NCBI GenBank assembly: GCA_945895375.1
Contig: CAMDEE010000002.1
Span: 164,265 to 228,264 of the forward strand
From: Auritidibacter sp. Marseille-P8566
GTDB lineage: Bacteria > Actinomycetota > Actinomycetes > Actinomycetales > Microbacteriaceae
Direction of reading: 5' to 3'
DNA: 64,000 nucleotides
Every line of letters begins with the position of its first letter. The stretch's first letter is position 1. Both the position numbers and the translations under genes were made by a program. Under the pieces are notes generated by a model, which made no database searches, had not been told where the DNA came from, and saw only the letters and a list, made by a program, of their open reading frames with translations. This document shows positions 37,414 through 47,467 of this stretch, piece by piece.

Positions 37414-38235
37414 ATGAGCAATCCATTAGATGATCCAAAGGCGGATCCATTCCAAATCGCCCAAGAGGCGGCCCAAGTTATAGCTGAGAGATCAGGTATC
37501 GCCCAACACGATATTGCTCTCACCCTAGGTTCAGGATGGGCTAAAGCTGCCGACCTGATTGGTGAAACTGTTTCCACCATTGATGCTGCGGACATCCCTG
37601 GCTTTACTAAGTCTCAGGTCGTAGGCCACGTTTCAACTATTCGCTCAATACTTTTGCCATCCGGTAAGCATGCTCTGGTGCTGGGAGCTAGAACCCATTA
37701 CTACGAAGGTCATGGAGTTAGAAGAGTTGTTCACGGAGTTAGAACTGCAGCGGCAGCTGGAGTGAATACCATGATCTTGACTAACGGTGCTGGCGGAATC
37801 AAAACCACTTGGCTACCTGGCACACCGGTTCTAATCAGTGACCACATTAACTTCACTTCAGCTAGCCCTATTGAAGGTGCTAACTTCGTGGACCTAACCG
37901 ATTTGTATTCTCAGCGTCTAAGAGATCTAGCTAGAACTGTTGATGCATCTCTTGATGAAGGTGTCTACATGCAATTCCGTGGACCACACTACGAAACTCC
38001 AGCTGAAGTTCAAATGGCTAAGCACATGGGTGCTCACATCGTAGGTATGTCAACCGCTCTTGAAGCAATTGCTGCTAGACAGTCTGGTCTTGAAGTTCTA
38101 GGTCTATCTCTTTCAACTAACTTGGCTGCTGGTATTAGCGATACTCCACTGAGTCACAAAGAAGTTCTAGAGGCAGGTAAAGAAGCAGAGCCTAGAATTA
38201 GTGCTCTTCTTGCATCGATTGTTGCCAAACTCTAA
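37414..38235 (+). CDS. punA: purine nucleoside phosphorylase (PNP family 2, trimeric type)
   Basis: LGSGW, RTHYYEG, LTNGAGG, GPHYETPAE, VGMSTALE. Confidence 0.9.
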   Translation: MSNPLDDPKADPFQIAQEAAQVIAERSGIAQHDIALTLGSGWAKAADLIGETVSTIDAADIPGFTKSQVVGHVSTIRSILLPSGKHALVLGARTHYYEGHGVRRVVHGVRTAAAAGVNTMILTNGAGGIKTTWLPGTPVLISDHINFTSASPIEGANFVDLTDLYSQRLRDLARTVDASLDEGVYMQFRGPHYETPAEVQMAKHMGAHIVGMSTALEAIAARQSGLEVLGLSLSTNLAAGISDTPLSHKEVLEAGKEAEPRISALLASIVAKL

Positions 38236-38237
38236 AC

Positions 38238-39863
38238 ATGTCTTTGCAAGAACTGAAGGCTCAGGCGTTAGCTTGGTTGAATCAAGATCCTGATCCTGAG
38301 ACCAAAGCTGAATTACAAGAACTCATCGATAACGATGACCTTGAAGGTCTGGAGAGTAGATTTCATACTCGCCTAGAGTTTGGAACAGCAGGTCTACGTG
38401 GTGAATTAGGCGCAGGCCCTAACCGCATGAACAGAGTCCTAGTTGCTCAAACAGCAGCAGGACTAGGAAACTACCTCCTATCGCAAAGCCCTAAGGCAAG
38501 CGTTGTCATCGGTTTTGATGGTCGTCATAACAGCGATATCTTTGCTAAAGACTCTGCTGAAGTTCTAGCTGGCATGGGGATCGAAGTTTTACTTCTTGAT
38601 GAAATGGGTCCAACTCCACTGGTTTCCTTTGCCACTCGTTATCTAGGCATGAGTGCAGGTGTGATGGTTACTGCCTCACATAACCCGCCTAGAGATAACG
38701 GATACAAGGTTTACCTAGGTGGCGATTTCAACGGATCACAAATAATCTCCCCTGTCGATAACCAGATAGCCGAGGAAATCACAAAGGTTGCTCAAACTCA
38801 GACCTTTGAATCATTACCTAAATCAAACCAATACAAAATCATTGGACCTGAGATTAGAGCTGCTTACCTAGATAGTGCTCTTGCAGCAGGCGGCAAGGTC
38901 ATCAATCAATCTCTCAAGATTGTTTACACTCCTATGCACGGTGTTGGTTGGGGAACCGTAGAGCCACTATTCGCTAGAGCTGGATCAGAAGCATTGATGA
39001 CTGTTGATGAGCAGTTACAACCAAACGGTGACTTCCCTACTGTTGCCTTTCCCAACCCTGAAGAACCAGGGGCCCTTGATCTAGCAATGAAGTTAGCCAG
39101 TGATCACAACGCGGATTTGATTATTGCAAATGACCCAGATGCTGACCGTGTTGCTTTGGCTCTTCCAACAGCTAACGGATGGCAGAGACTTACTGGAGAC
39201 CAGGTAGGGCTTATCTTGGCGGATGAGATTGCTAGCAATGCATCTTCTGGAACTCTAGCTTGCAGCATCGTTTCAAGTTCAGTCTTGGCTAAAGTAGCGA
39301 AGCACCATGGCTTAGAGTTCAAAGCAACACTGACCGGGTTTAAGTGGATCAGCAAGATTCCTAACCTAATCTTTGGTTACGAAGAAGCTCTCGGTTACTG
39401 CATCGACCCTAACCAGGTTGCTGATAAAGATGGTGTGAGCGCAGCTCTCATGCTTGCGAATATCGCAAGACAGGAAAAAGCCAAGGGAAGAACTCTTTGG
39501 GACTTACTTGATGATCTAGGAAACAAATATGGTTTCTATGCAACCGGTCAAATCTCTATTCGAGTCAGTGACCTGAGCATCATCGCGAAGGCGATGGCAA
39601 GTATTAGAACCAATCCGCCTACAGAACTAGCTGGGCTTCCAGCGGTCTTCACAGATATGAAGTTAGGCAGCAAAGACCTTATGCCAACGGATGGTTTGAG
39701 ATTTGATTTGGCCGATGGGCGAAGAGTGATTATTAGACCTAGTGGAACTGAACCTAAGCTGAAGTGCTATTTGGAGGCAGTATCTGATTCTAAGGAGAGT
39801 GCTAAAGCTCTTCTAGATGCTCTAGAGCAGAGCTGCCGTGAGCTTCTGGCGGATTTCAGTTAG
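38238..39863 (+). CDS. phospho-sugar mutase (alpha-D-phosphohexomutase superfamily; likely phosphopentomutase role)
   Basis: TASHNPPRDNGYKVY active-site loop, metal site NDPDADR, GYEEALGY. Starts 2 nt after the punA stop, matching the deoD-pmmB pairing in mycobacteria. Confidence 0.8.
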   Translation: MSLQELKAQALAWLNQDPDPETKAELQELIDNDDLEGLESRFHTRLEFGTAGLRGELGAGPNRMNRVLVAQTAAGLGNYLLSQSPKASVVIGFDGRHNSDIFAKDSAEVLAGMGIEVLLLDEMGPTPLVSFATRYLGMSAGVMVTASHNPPRDNGYKVYLGGDFNGSQIISPVDNQIAEEITKVAQTQTFESLPKSNQYKIIGPEIRAAYLDSALAAGGKVINQSLKIVYTPMHGVGWGTVEPLFARAGSEALMTVDEQLQPNGDFPTVAFPNPEEPGALDLAMKLASDHNADLIIANDPDADRVALALPTANGWQRLTGDQVGLILADEIASNASSGTLACSIVSSSVLAKVAKHHGLEFKATLTGFKWISKIPNLIFGYEEALGYCIDPNQVADKDGVSAALMLANIARQEKAKGRTLWDLLDDLGNKYGFYATGQISIRVSDLSIIAKAMASIRTNPPTELAGLPAVFTDMKLGSKDLMPTDGLRFDLADGRRVIIRPSGTEPKLKCYLEAVSDSKESAKALLDALEQSCRELLADFS

Positions 39864-40094
39864 ATCAAACACGTGCTCAATAGGGACAATCTTCCCTGGC
39901 AGGTCTTCAAGTAAAACAACTAGTTCAGGGGTAGTCAGAATGATATCTGCCCCTTCACCATCCCGCTTAGCCTTTGTGATATCTGCTGCAATAACTTCAG
40001 CATCAATCCCCATTGCTTCAAGAACTTTCTCGGCGTTCATCTTCAAGAGCACTGATGTGCCGATGCCCATGCCACAAACGGAAAGTATCTTCAT
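39822..40094 (-). CDS. PTS EIIB component, L-ascorbate family (UlaB/SgaB-like)
   Basis: 90 aa. KILSVCGMGIGTSVLLKMNAEKVLEAMGI matches the PTS_IIB (Cys-phosphorylated) signature. Its 3' end overlaps the convergent mutase gene by 42 nt. Confidence 0.8.
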   Translation of the reverse strand: MKILSVCGMGIGTSVLLKMNAEKVLEAMGIDAEVIAADITKAKRDGEGADIILTTPELVVLLEDLPGKIVPIEHVFDLTEIRQKLTAALL

Positions 40095-40103
40095 ACTTCA
40101 AGT

Positions 40104-40550
40104 TTAACTAAGGTAACTGCGAACTTCGCTCTCATTCGTCGCATTGAGTAACAAAGTTACCTTATCTTCACTCATTAGTAATTCTGCGAGTGCTGACATC
40201 AAATCAACGTGACTGTCGTGATCAACTGCTGCTAAACCAATAACCAGAGAAACAGGATCATTTGAAGAATGACCGAATTCAATTGGATTGCTCAATGTGA
40301 CGAGTGATAGACCCGTTTCCAATACAGAATCTGATGGCCGACCATGAGCAAGTGCGATACCAGGAGCAATAACCATGTATGGGCCAAGCTCTTCAAAAGC
40401 CTGAATCATTTCCTGAATGTAATCTTCAGTTGTTCTTTTGCTCTCAACTAGAGCAGAACCAGCAACCTGAAAACTCTCTTTCCAGTTCAAACAATTCTGC
40501 TTGAGCCTTATCGAGCCTTCACCAAGTGCCTGGTCTAGAACAGAACCCAT
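40104..40550 (-). CDS. PTS EIIA component (PTS_EIIA_2; UlaC/SgaA-like)
   Basis: 148 aa. GPYMVIAPGIALAHGRP contains the phosphorylatable His context. NDPVSLVIGLAAVD is also present. Starts 2 nt after the add stop. Confidence 0.8.
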   Translation of the reverse strand: MGSVLDQALGEGSIRLKQNCLNWKESFQVAGSALVESKRTTEDYIQEMIQAFEELGPYMVIAPGIALAHGRPSDSVLETGLSLVTLSNPIEFGHSSNDPVSLVIGLAAVDHDSHVDLMSALAELLMSEDKVTLLLNATNESEVRSYLS

Positions 40551-40552
40551 TA

Positions 40553-41641
40553 CTACAGAGCTGCCTCAAATGCATCTGAGATACGTTCGATGATCTCTGC
40601 TCTTGTGTCCATGTCCATAAACCCTGCGTTAGCAGCGTTTAGTTGGAACAGTTCGATGTCATCAAGGTCATAACCAAAGGTTTCGGTTAGTAGCTCTAGT
40701 TCACGAGTGAGAGTAGTTCCACTCATCAAACGGTTATCTGTGTTCACAGTTACGTTGAATCCAAGACCATACAAAATGTCGAATGGGTGATCGCTCATCT
40801 GTGGCTGGTCAATGTCTGGCAGTGCTCCAGTTTGTAGGTTTGATGAAGGGCTAAGTTCTAGAGCAACCCCGCGCTCTAATACCCAAGCGGCAATATCTCC
40901 AAAGGCCTTTTGGTTCTCATCTTCAGCATCAACAAAGATGTCTTCAATGATTCTTACTCCGTGACCAATTCTTAGAGTTCTACCGTCAACGATTGCATCT
41001 CTAATTGAATCCTTACCCGCACCTTCACCTGCGTGCAGGGTCACTGGCATCAGTTGCTCATTGAGCCACTTGAATACTTCAGCGTGACGAGATGGACTAA
41101 ATCCTGACTCAGGTCCTGCATAGTCAAAGCCAACAACTCCACGATCACGGTAAGCAACTGCTAGCTCTGCTACCTTCTGAGCATTGTTGTTCTGACGCAT
41201 TGCTGTGATTAGCTGACCAGTGACTAGGTATCCACCCTTAGCCTCAACTTCAGCTCTACCCTGGCTTAGTCCTTCTTCAACGTATTCAACTACCTCTTCA
41301 AGGGTTAGCCCCTTTTCTAAGTGTTGCTCAGGTGCATAACGAACCTCACCATAGATAACACCGTCTGCTGCTAGGTCTAGAGCGAACTCACGAGCCACTC
41401 TGATAAGTCCTTCTTGGGTTTGCATAACAGCACAGGTGTGAGCGAAAGTCTCAAGGTATCTTTCAAGAGAACCTGAATCACAAGATTCTAGGAACCACTG
41501 GTTTAGGTCTTTAGCGTTATCTGCTGGAAGTTCGTGACCAATCTCTTTTGCCAAATCAATGATGGTTTGAGGTCTCAATCCCCCATCGAGGTGATCGTGA
41601 AGTGAAACCTTAGGCAGGGATTGGATATTTAGTTTAGACAT
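40553..41641 (-). CDS. add: adenosine deaminase
   Basis: LPKVSLHDHLDG metal site, TLHAGE, SVNTDN-like TVNTDN. The ORF track starts at TTG 41674, overlapping deoA. ATG 41641 (MSKLNIQSLPK) fits the family N-terminus. Confidence 0.92.
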   Translation of the reverse strand: MSKLNIQSLPKVSLHDHLDGGLRPQTIIDLAKEIGHELPADNAKDLNQWFLESCDSGSLERYLETFAHTCAVMQTQEGLIRVAREFALDLAADGVIYGEVRYAPEQHLEKGLTLEEVVEYVEEGLSQGRAEVEAKGGYLVTGQLITAMRQNNNAQKVAELAVAYRDRGVVGFDYAGPESGFSPSRHAEVFKWLNEQLMPVTLHAGEGAGKDSIRDAIVDGRTLRIGHGVRIIEDIFVDAEDENQKAFGDIAAWVLERGVALELSPSSNLQTGALPDIDQPQMSDHPFDILYGLGFNVTVNTDNRLMSGTTLTRELELLTETFGYDLDDIELFQLNAANAGFMDMDTRAEIIERISDAFEAAL

Positions 41642-41654
41642 TATTCGTTTCTCT

Positions 41655-42944
41655 TTAGGCGTTGATACGGTCAAGGATAAGTGGAGTGTAACTTGATGAG
41701 GCTACATCCTCAATCTTGATTCCTCCGGCAAGAGCTTCAATTGCTCTCTCGAAGCGTTCTGATTCATCTGTGTACAGAGTTAGTAGTGGCTGACCCTTTT
41801 CAATCTTTTCTCCACGTTTGGCGTGAATAACAATTCCTGCTCCGAATTGAACTGGATCTTCCTTGCGAGCTCTACCAGCTCCGAGTCGCCATGATGCTGT
41901 TCCAACAGCAAGAGCATCTAGCTCGTTCACGAAGCCAGAAGCTTCTGCCAAGATTACATGCTCATGCTTAGCAACCTGCATTTTGGCAACTGGATCACCT
42001 TGCTGAGCTCTAATCATCTCGTTCCACTTGTCCATGGCACGACCATCATTTAGTGCAGCCGCCACATCAACATCAGTCTTACCTGATAGACGAAGCATCT
42101 CGGTAGCAAGAGCAACAGTGATATCAATTAGGTCCTTAGACCCACCACCGGCAAGAACTTCTACAGCTTCCTCAACCTCAAGTGCGTTACCGACCTTGCG
42201 CCCGAGTGGTGTTGACATGTCTGTCAAAAGCGCACTGGTCTTCACACCAGCATCAGCACCTAGCTGAGTAAGTACCTGAGCAAGTTCCTTTGCTCTATCC
42301 AGCGTCTTCATGAAAGCACCTGAACCCACCTTGACATCAAGAACTAGAGCTGAGGTTCCCTCAGCAATCTTCTTACTCATGATGGAGCTTGCAATAAGTG
42401 GAATAGCCTCAACTGTTCCAGTTACATCTCTAAGTGCATAAAGCTTCTTATCTGCAGGAGCAAGCCCTGCTCCCGCCGCACAAACAACAGCGTTGACCTT
42501 ATCTAACTGATCGTGCATCTGCTGATTAGTTAGTGATGCCTGCCAACCAGGGATGGCCTCTAGTTTGTCTAGAGTTCCACCGGTGTGACCAAGGCCTCGA
42601 CCAGATAGCTGTGGAACAGCAACTCCGAATACTGCAACCAATGGAGCAAGCATCAGAGTGATCTTATCGCCAACTCCACCGGTTGAATGCTTGTCAGCAG
42701 TTGGCGTGCTAAGTGAGCTAAAGTCCAGTCTCTCTCCGGTTGCAATCATTGCAAGAGTGAGATCTTTGATCTCTCTTCTGTTCATGCCATTTAGCAAGAT
42801 CGCCATGGCCATCGCCGACATCTGCTCATCAGCAACAACACCAGAGGTGTAGTTAGAAACTAACCAGTTGATTTGATCGGTTGTAAGTTCTTGCTTTTCA
42901 CGCTTTGCAACAATTAGTTCAACAGCGGAGTATTCCTTAGACAA
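41655..42944 (-). CDS. deoA: thymidine/pyrimidine-nucleoside phosphorylase
   Basis: DKHSTGGVGDK, SGRGLGHTGGTLDKLE. TTG start with AGGAAA SD. Confidence 0.93.
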   Translation of the reverse strand: MSKEYSAVELIVAKREKQELTTDQINWLVSNYTSGVVADEQMSAMAMAILLNGMNRREIKDLTLAMIATGERLDFSSLSTPTADKHSTGGVGDKITLMLAPLVAVFGVAVPQLSGRGLGHTGGTLDKLEAIPGWQASLTNQQMHDQLDKVNAVVCAAGAGLAPADKKLYALRDVTGTVEAIPLIASSIMSKKIAEGTSALVLDVKVGSGAFMKTLDRAKELAQVLTQLGADAGVKTSALLTDMSTPLGRKVGNALEVEEAVEVLAGGGSKDLIDITVALATEMLRLSGKTDVDVAAALNDGRAMDKWNEMIRAQQGDPVAKMQVAKHEHVILAEASGFVNELDALAVGTASWRLGAGRARKEDPVQFGAGIVIHAKRGEKIEKGQPLLTLYTDESERFERAIEALAGGIKIEDVASSSYTPLILDRINA

Positions 42945-42952
42945 TTGTTTTC

Positions 42953-43372
42953 CTAATTTCTTTGCTCATTGCCGAAACCTTCGGCTAGATCTCTAGGACC
43001 AAATGCATCAGGTAAAACCTGCTCGATAGTTTTGATCCCTGAAACAGTTTGGAGCAACATGCCCTCTTCAGAGTGTTCAAACAATAGCTGACGACATCTT
43101 CCACATGGCATCAAGACGTTCTCTGCTCCATCAACACAGTAGAAAGCAACAAGCTTTCCACCACCGGTCATACTCAGGTTGCTCACCAAACCACACTCAG
43201 CACAAAGACAAATACCGTAGCTAGCATTTTCAACATTGCAACCAGAAACTATTCGACCATCATCAACTAGAGCGGCTGCTCCAACTGGAAAGTGACTATA
43301 AGGAACGTATGCGTTCTTCATGGCTGCAACAGCAGCATCTTTTAGCTGGTTCCAGTTGATCTCATTAGTCAT
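42953..43372 (-). CDS. cdd: cytidine deaminase
   Basis: Zinc motifs CAECGLV and PCGRCRQ. 139 aa, the tetrameric type. Confidence 0.92.
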   Translation of the reverse strand: MTNEINWNQLKDAAVAAMKNAYVPYSHFPVGAAALVDDGRIVSGCNVENASYGICLCAECGLVSNLSMTGGGKLVAFYCVDGAENVLMPCGRCRQLLFEHSEEGMLLQTVSGIKTIEQVLPDAFGPRDLAEGFGNEQRN

Positions 43373-43376
43373 TTGA

Positions 43377-44657
43377 CTATCCCTTTACATACGGTTGGCC
43401 TGAAGCTGCAGGAGGTCTTACTTTTCCAGCAAAACCTGCAACAGCAACAAGGGTCACAAGGTAAGGAACCATTGTGATGAAGTCCACTGGGATACCAGGA
43501 GAAACCTGGTTAGCCCAAACCTTCAGAATGATTGTGAAACCAAAGAGCAAAGCTCCAAGGGTCACATAGATAGGCTGCCAACGACCAAGGATCACAACGG
43601 CTAGGGCAATAAATCCAAGACCTGCTGACATTTCACGACCGAATGAACCTACGTTTCCAAGAGTTAGTGAGGCACCACCGAGACCTGCAATCGCACCACC
43701 GATGGTAACCCACCAGAATCTGGTCTTAGCCACGTTGATACCGACAGTGTCTGCAGCGAGCGGGTGCTCACCAACAGCTCTAGCTCTAAGGCCTAGCTTG
43801 GTTCTGAATAGGACATACCAAAGAAGCGGAACAAGGATAAACATCAAGTAGACAGTGATTCTGTTGTTGAAAAACACCTGACCAATTAGTGGAATATCTG
43901 ACAGGAATGGAAGTGGGATCTTTTCAAATGTTCCTGGGAAGTTTAGGTTGATGCTGTCATCGTCCACCCAAGCTGAGTAAAGGAAGTTGGTAACACCAAT
44001 AACCAAAACGTTTAGAAGAACACCGATGATGATTTGCTCAACCAAGTATTTGATTGCCAATGATGCTAGAACAGTTGAAAGTAAACCTGCAGCAATCATT
44101 GCGGCAATCATTCCAACATAAAGATTTCCAGTTATGGTTCCAACAACTGAAGCCACGAAAGCACCGCTAAGTAGCTGTCCTTCGATGGCAATGTTTACAA
44201 CACCAACTCGTTCAGACATGATGCCGGCCATACCACCGAATATCAATGGAATTGCAAGAACCAAAGTGTTACTGAGGATAAACACCATCTGAACACCCTG
44301 AGTTGCTTCTGTTGCTAACCAACCGAGTAGAGCCATCATCGCACCAAGTGCATAAATACCAATCAGCCATACCGGTGTCTTTCCACCGCGAATGGTCAGT
44401 CCAACTGAAAGCAAACCAATCATTAGTAGCAGTGCGCCAACTACTGTGCAGAAGAACATCGAGTTCACAACAAATGGTGGAAGCTGAATCACTTCACGCT
44501 TATCGCTCCATACAAAAGTGATGTCTCCTGACTTTCCTAGGAAACCAAAGAACATTAGAACCACCATGGCAGCTGCCACCAAAGTAATCGGGGTCTTCAG
44601 GCTTGGCTTCACTTGAGCCGACGAGAACATTCCTGGGGTAACTTCAACGTTCTTCAT
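43377..44657 (-). CDS. ABC transporter permease (BMP/nucleoside-type, BPD_transp_2)
   Basis: 426 aa, about 9-10 TM helices, part of the bmp-ATPase-permease-permease string. 1-nt overlap with the upstream permease. Confidence 0.85.
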   Translation of the reverse strand: MKNVEVTPGMFSSAQVKPSLKTPITLVAAAMVVLMFFGFLGKSGDITFVWSDKREVIQLPPFVVNSMFFCTVVGALLLMIGLLSVGLTIRGGKTPVWLIGIYALGAMMALLGWLATEATQGVQMVFILSNTLVLAIPLIFGGMAGIMSERVGVVNIAIEGQLLSGAFVASVVGTITGNLYVGMIAAMIAAGLLSTVLASLAIKYLVEQIIIGVLLNVLVIGVTNFLYSAWVDDDSINLNFPGTFEKIPLPFLSDIPLIGQVFFNNRITVYLMFILVPLLWYVLFRTKLGLRARAVGEHPLAADTVGINVAKTRFWWVTIGGAIAGLGGASLTLGNVGSFGREMSAGLGFIALAVVILGRWQPIYVTLGALLFGFTIILKVWANQVSPGIPVDFITMVPYLVTLVAVAGFAGKVRPPAASGQPYVKG

Positions 44658-45901
44658 TATTTGATCACCTTCGCAGCTTTAGCCTTCTGTGCTGATTCGA
44701 AAACCTTAGGACCAGGAACTGGTAGTCGGTAGAAAGCTCTAATAATTGGCGGAGCTGCAATGAATAGAACAATCAGAGCCTTCACCACACCTAGAACTTC
44801 TGGCGAAACACCGGCAACCTGCATAGTTGATGATCCAGCCTTGAATGCTCCAAAAAGCATTCCAGCCATCACAACACCACCGGCTCTGGAGCCACCTAGC
44901 AGAGCAACAGTAATTGCATCAAAACCAATACCTGCTTCAATGCTCGTGGTTAGCCCACCGTCAACACTTAGCCCCTGGTTAGCTGCAGCCAAACCTGAGA
45001 AACCTGCAGAGATAGCCAGTGCCCAAACAAATGTGTTTTCCACCTTGATACCAGCAGCTCTAGCTGCTGACGGGTTGTGTCCAACCATACGGAATCTAAA
45101 TCCGAATGTCGATTTCTCCATCAACCACCAGTAGAAGACAACGGCCAAAACCGCAAAAATCAAGCCGTAGTGAAGCTGAAACTCAGGACCAAACAAAAGA
45201 CCTAGGCGTGCAGTTCCATCTGGTTCATCAGACTTAGGCGTTCCTCCACCGTTTTCTTCCAATAGAAGATTTGGTTGTCTCAAAAGGTAAGTGAACAGCG
45301 ACAAGGCAACGTAGTTGAGCATGATTGTCACGATAACTTCGTGAGCACCTGTTCTTGCCTTCAGGATTCCAACAATCATTCCCCAGAGCATTGCGCAAAC
45401 AACTGCTGCAAAAACAGAAGCAAGCATGTGAATGATAATTGGCATCTCTAGGCGAGTTGAAACAAATGTTGCACCAGCAAGACCTACCAAGATCTGACCG
45501 GTTGCACCAATGTTGAAAAGACCTACGCGGAATGTGAGAGCAACTCCGAGTCCAGCCATGATCAAAGGAGCTGCGAATCGAAGAGTCTCAGTGAACGGGC
45601 GAATGATGGTTGCGAAATCGTCGCCATTGAAGTTAAGAATGGAACCACGGAACAACGCTCCATAACCATCTGAGATTGTCCACCACACAGTTGAGAGTGC
45701 ATAGTTAGGGTCTGCTCCGAAATCAGCCCAAGCCTTTACAACATTCTTGTCAAAGACAACCATGAAGATTGCTCCGATTATGAATCCAAGTAGGACTGAC
45801 AGAGCAATACGAACCGGGTCACCGGCCATGATCTCGTGCAGAACAGAGGTTGCCTTATCTTGTGCTGGCTTTGTTACTTCAGCTTCTTTTTTCTTACTCA
45901 T
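44657..45901 (-). CDS. ABC transporter permease (BMP/nucleoside-type, BPD_transp_2)
   Basis: 414 aa polytopic protein. 4-nt overlap with the ATPase gene. Confidence 0.85.
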   Translation of the reverse strand: MSKKKEAEVTKPAQDKATSVLHEIMAGDPVRIALSVLLGFIIGAIFMVVFDKNVVKAWADFGADPNYALSTVWWTISDGYGALFRGSILNFNGDDFATIIRPFTETLRFAAPLIMAGLGVALTFRVGLFNIGATGQILVGLAGATFVSTRLEMPIIIHMLASVFAAVVCAMLWGMIVGILKARTGAHEVIVTIMLNYVALSLFTYLLRQPNLLLEENGGGTPKSDEPDGTARLGLLFGPEFQLHYGLIFAVLAVVFYWWLMEKSTFGFRFRMVGHNPSAARAAGIKVENTFVWALAISAGFSGLAAANQGLSVDGGLTTSIEAGIGFDAITVALLGGSRAGGVVMAGMLFGAFKAGSSTMQVAGVSPEVLGVVKALIVLFIAAPPIIRAFYRLPVPGPKVFESAQKAKAAKVIK

Positions 45902-47397
45902 GCCGCAATACCTGCCATCATCTTTCCAAGCTTTTCTCTAGTGGTTTTGGCATCAACAATTCCAACAATGCGACCTCTATACATAACAGCTATTCGGTCA
46001 GCTAGAGCAAGAACTTCATCTAACTCTGTTGAGATGATCACGACAGTCTTGCCAGCATCACGGGCTGCAACAATCTGCTCGTGAATGAACTCAATAGAAC
46101 CAACGTCAACACCACGGGTTGGTTGGGATGCGATAAGAACTCTCAGATCACGGCTCATTTCGCGAGCAACAACTACCTTCTGCTGGTTTCCACCAGATAG
46201 CTGCTTGGCCAGAGTTTCTTTAGAAGGTGTTCTGATGTCAAATTCTTCAATTAGCTTGTCGGCAATCTCATCACGTTTAGAAAAGTCAATCTGAACACCC
46301 TTAGCAAAAGGCTTTCCGAAAGAGCCATCGAGCATTAGGTTCTCAGCAATGCTGAATTGTCCCACTAGACCATCTTTCTTACGGTCTTCAGGAATGTATC
46401 CAACACCGGCTTCAAGAACCTGTCTCACATTGCTCTTGGTTAGATCCTGGCCAGCAACTTCAATGCTTCCGCTTTGGATCTTTCTAAGGCCAAGGATTGC
46501 CTCAGCCAATTCTGTTTGACCGTTACCTTGAACTCCAGCGATGGCAAGAATTTCACCATCGTGAACCGAGAAACTAATTCCATTAACCATCTGTTGGTTA
46601 CGGTCATCTAAAACAGTTAGATCTTTGACAACAAGTGTTTCAGCACCAATCTTCGGTGCCTTCTTCGTTGTGTCTAGATCAACTTCACGACCAACCATAA
46701 GTGAAGCTAACTCCCCTGCTGTTGCCTTAGGGCTAGCCTCTGAAACAACTTTTCCTTGACGGATAACAATTATGCGGTCAGCTACCTTTTGAACTTCACG
46801 AAGTTTGTGAGTAATAAAGATGATGGATGTGCCGTTGGCTTTTAGCCCTCTCATGATTTCCATGAGTTCATCAGTTTCCTGAGGAGTTAGAACGGCAGTT
46901 GGCTCATCTAGAACAAGAATCCTTGCATCACGAGCTAGAGACTTTATGATTTCAACTCGTTGCTGAGCTCCAACTGGAAGATCTTCAATCTTTGCATCAG
47001 GATCGATATCAAATCCAAAACGATCTGAGATTTCTTTAACAAGTTTGCGGGCAGCATCTAGATCTAGGTTTCCAACTTTTCCAGTTGGTTCGTGACCTAG
47101 TACTACGTTCTCAGCAACAGTGAAAACTGGAATCAGCATGAAGTGTTGGTGGACCATACCGATACCGGCAGCCATGGCTTCACCTGGACCTGAGAATTTA
47201 ACTTGTTTATCGTCAATCAGAATCTGACCTTCGTCAGGTTGGAGAAGTCCATAAAGGACGTTCATAAGAGTTGATTTACCCGCGCCATTTTCACCCAACA
47301 AGCTCAAAATCTCGCCTGGAGCGAGTGTAAGGCTGATGTTGTCGTTGGCTACTAGGGTGCCGAAGCGCTTGGTGATATTCCTGAGTTCTAGCTTCAT
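45898..47397 (-). CDS. ABC transporter ATP-binding protein, tandem NBDs
   Basis: Walker A GENGAGKST, Walker B ILVLDEPT, degenerate second P-loop GVQGNGQTE, signature LSGGNQQK. This is the typical fused ATPase of BMP/ribose-type importers. Confidence 0.9.
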   Translation of the reverse strand: MKLELRNITKRFGTLVANDNISLTLAPGEILSLLGENGAGKSTLMNVLYGLLQPDEGQILIDDKQVKFSGPGEAMAAGIGMVHQHFMLIPVFTVAENVVLGHEPTGKVGNLDLDAARKLVKEISDRFGFDIDPDAKIEDLPVGAQQRVEIIKSLARDARILVLDEPTAVLTPQETDELMEIMRGLKANGTSIIFITHKLREVQKVADRIIVIRQGKVVSEASPKATAGELASLMVGREVDLDTTKKAPKIGAETLVVKDLTVLDDRNQQMVNGISFSVHDGEILAIAGVQGNGQTELAEAILGLRKIQSGSIEVAGQDLTKSNVRQVLEAGVGYIPEDRKKDGLVGQFSIAENLMLDGSFGKPFAKGVQIDFSKRDEIADKLIEEFDIRTPSKETLAKQLSGGNQQKVVVAREMSRDLRVLIASQPTRGVDVGSIEFIHEQIVAARDAGKTVVIISTELDEVLALADRIAVMYRGRIVGIVDAKTTREKLGKMMAGIAA

Positions 47398-47467
47398 TCG
47401 GGGTCTAGGCTCCTTTGCTTTTCCTTGTACTAATCTACCCCAAGATGCTAGAGGCCAGATTAAAGCA

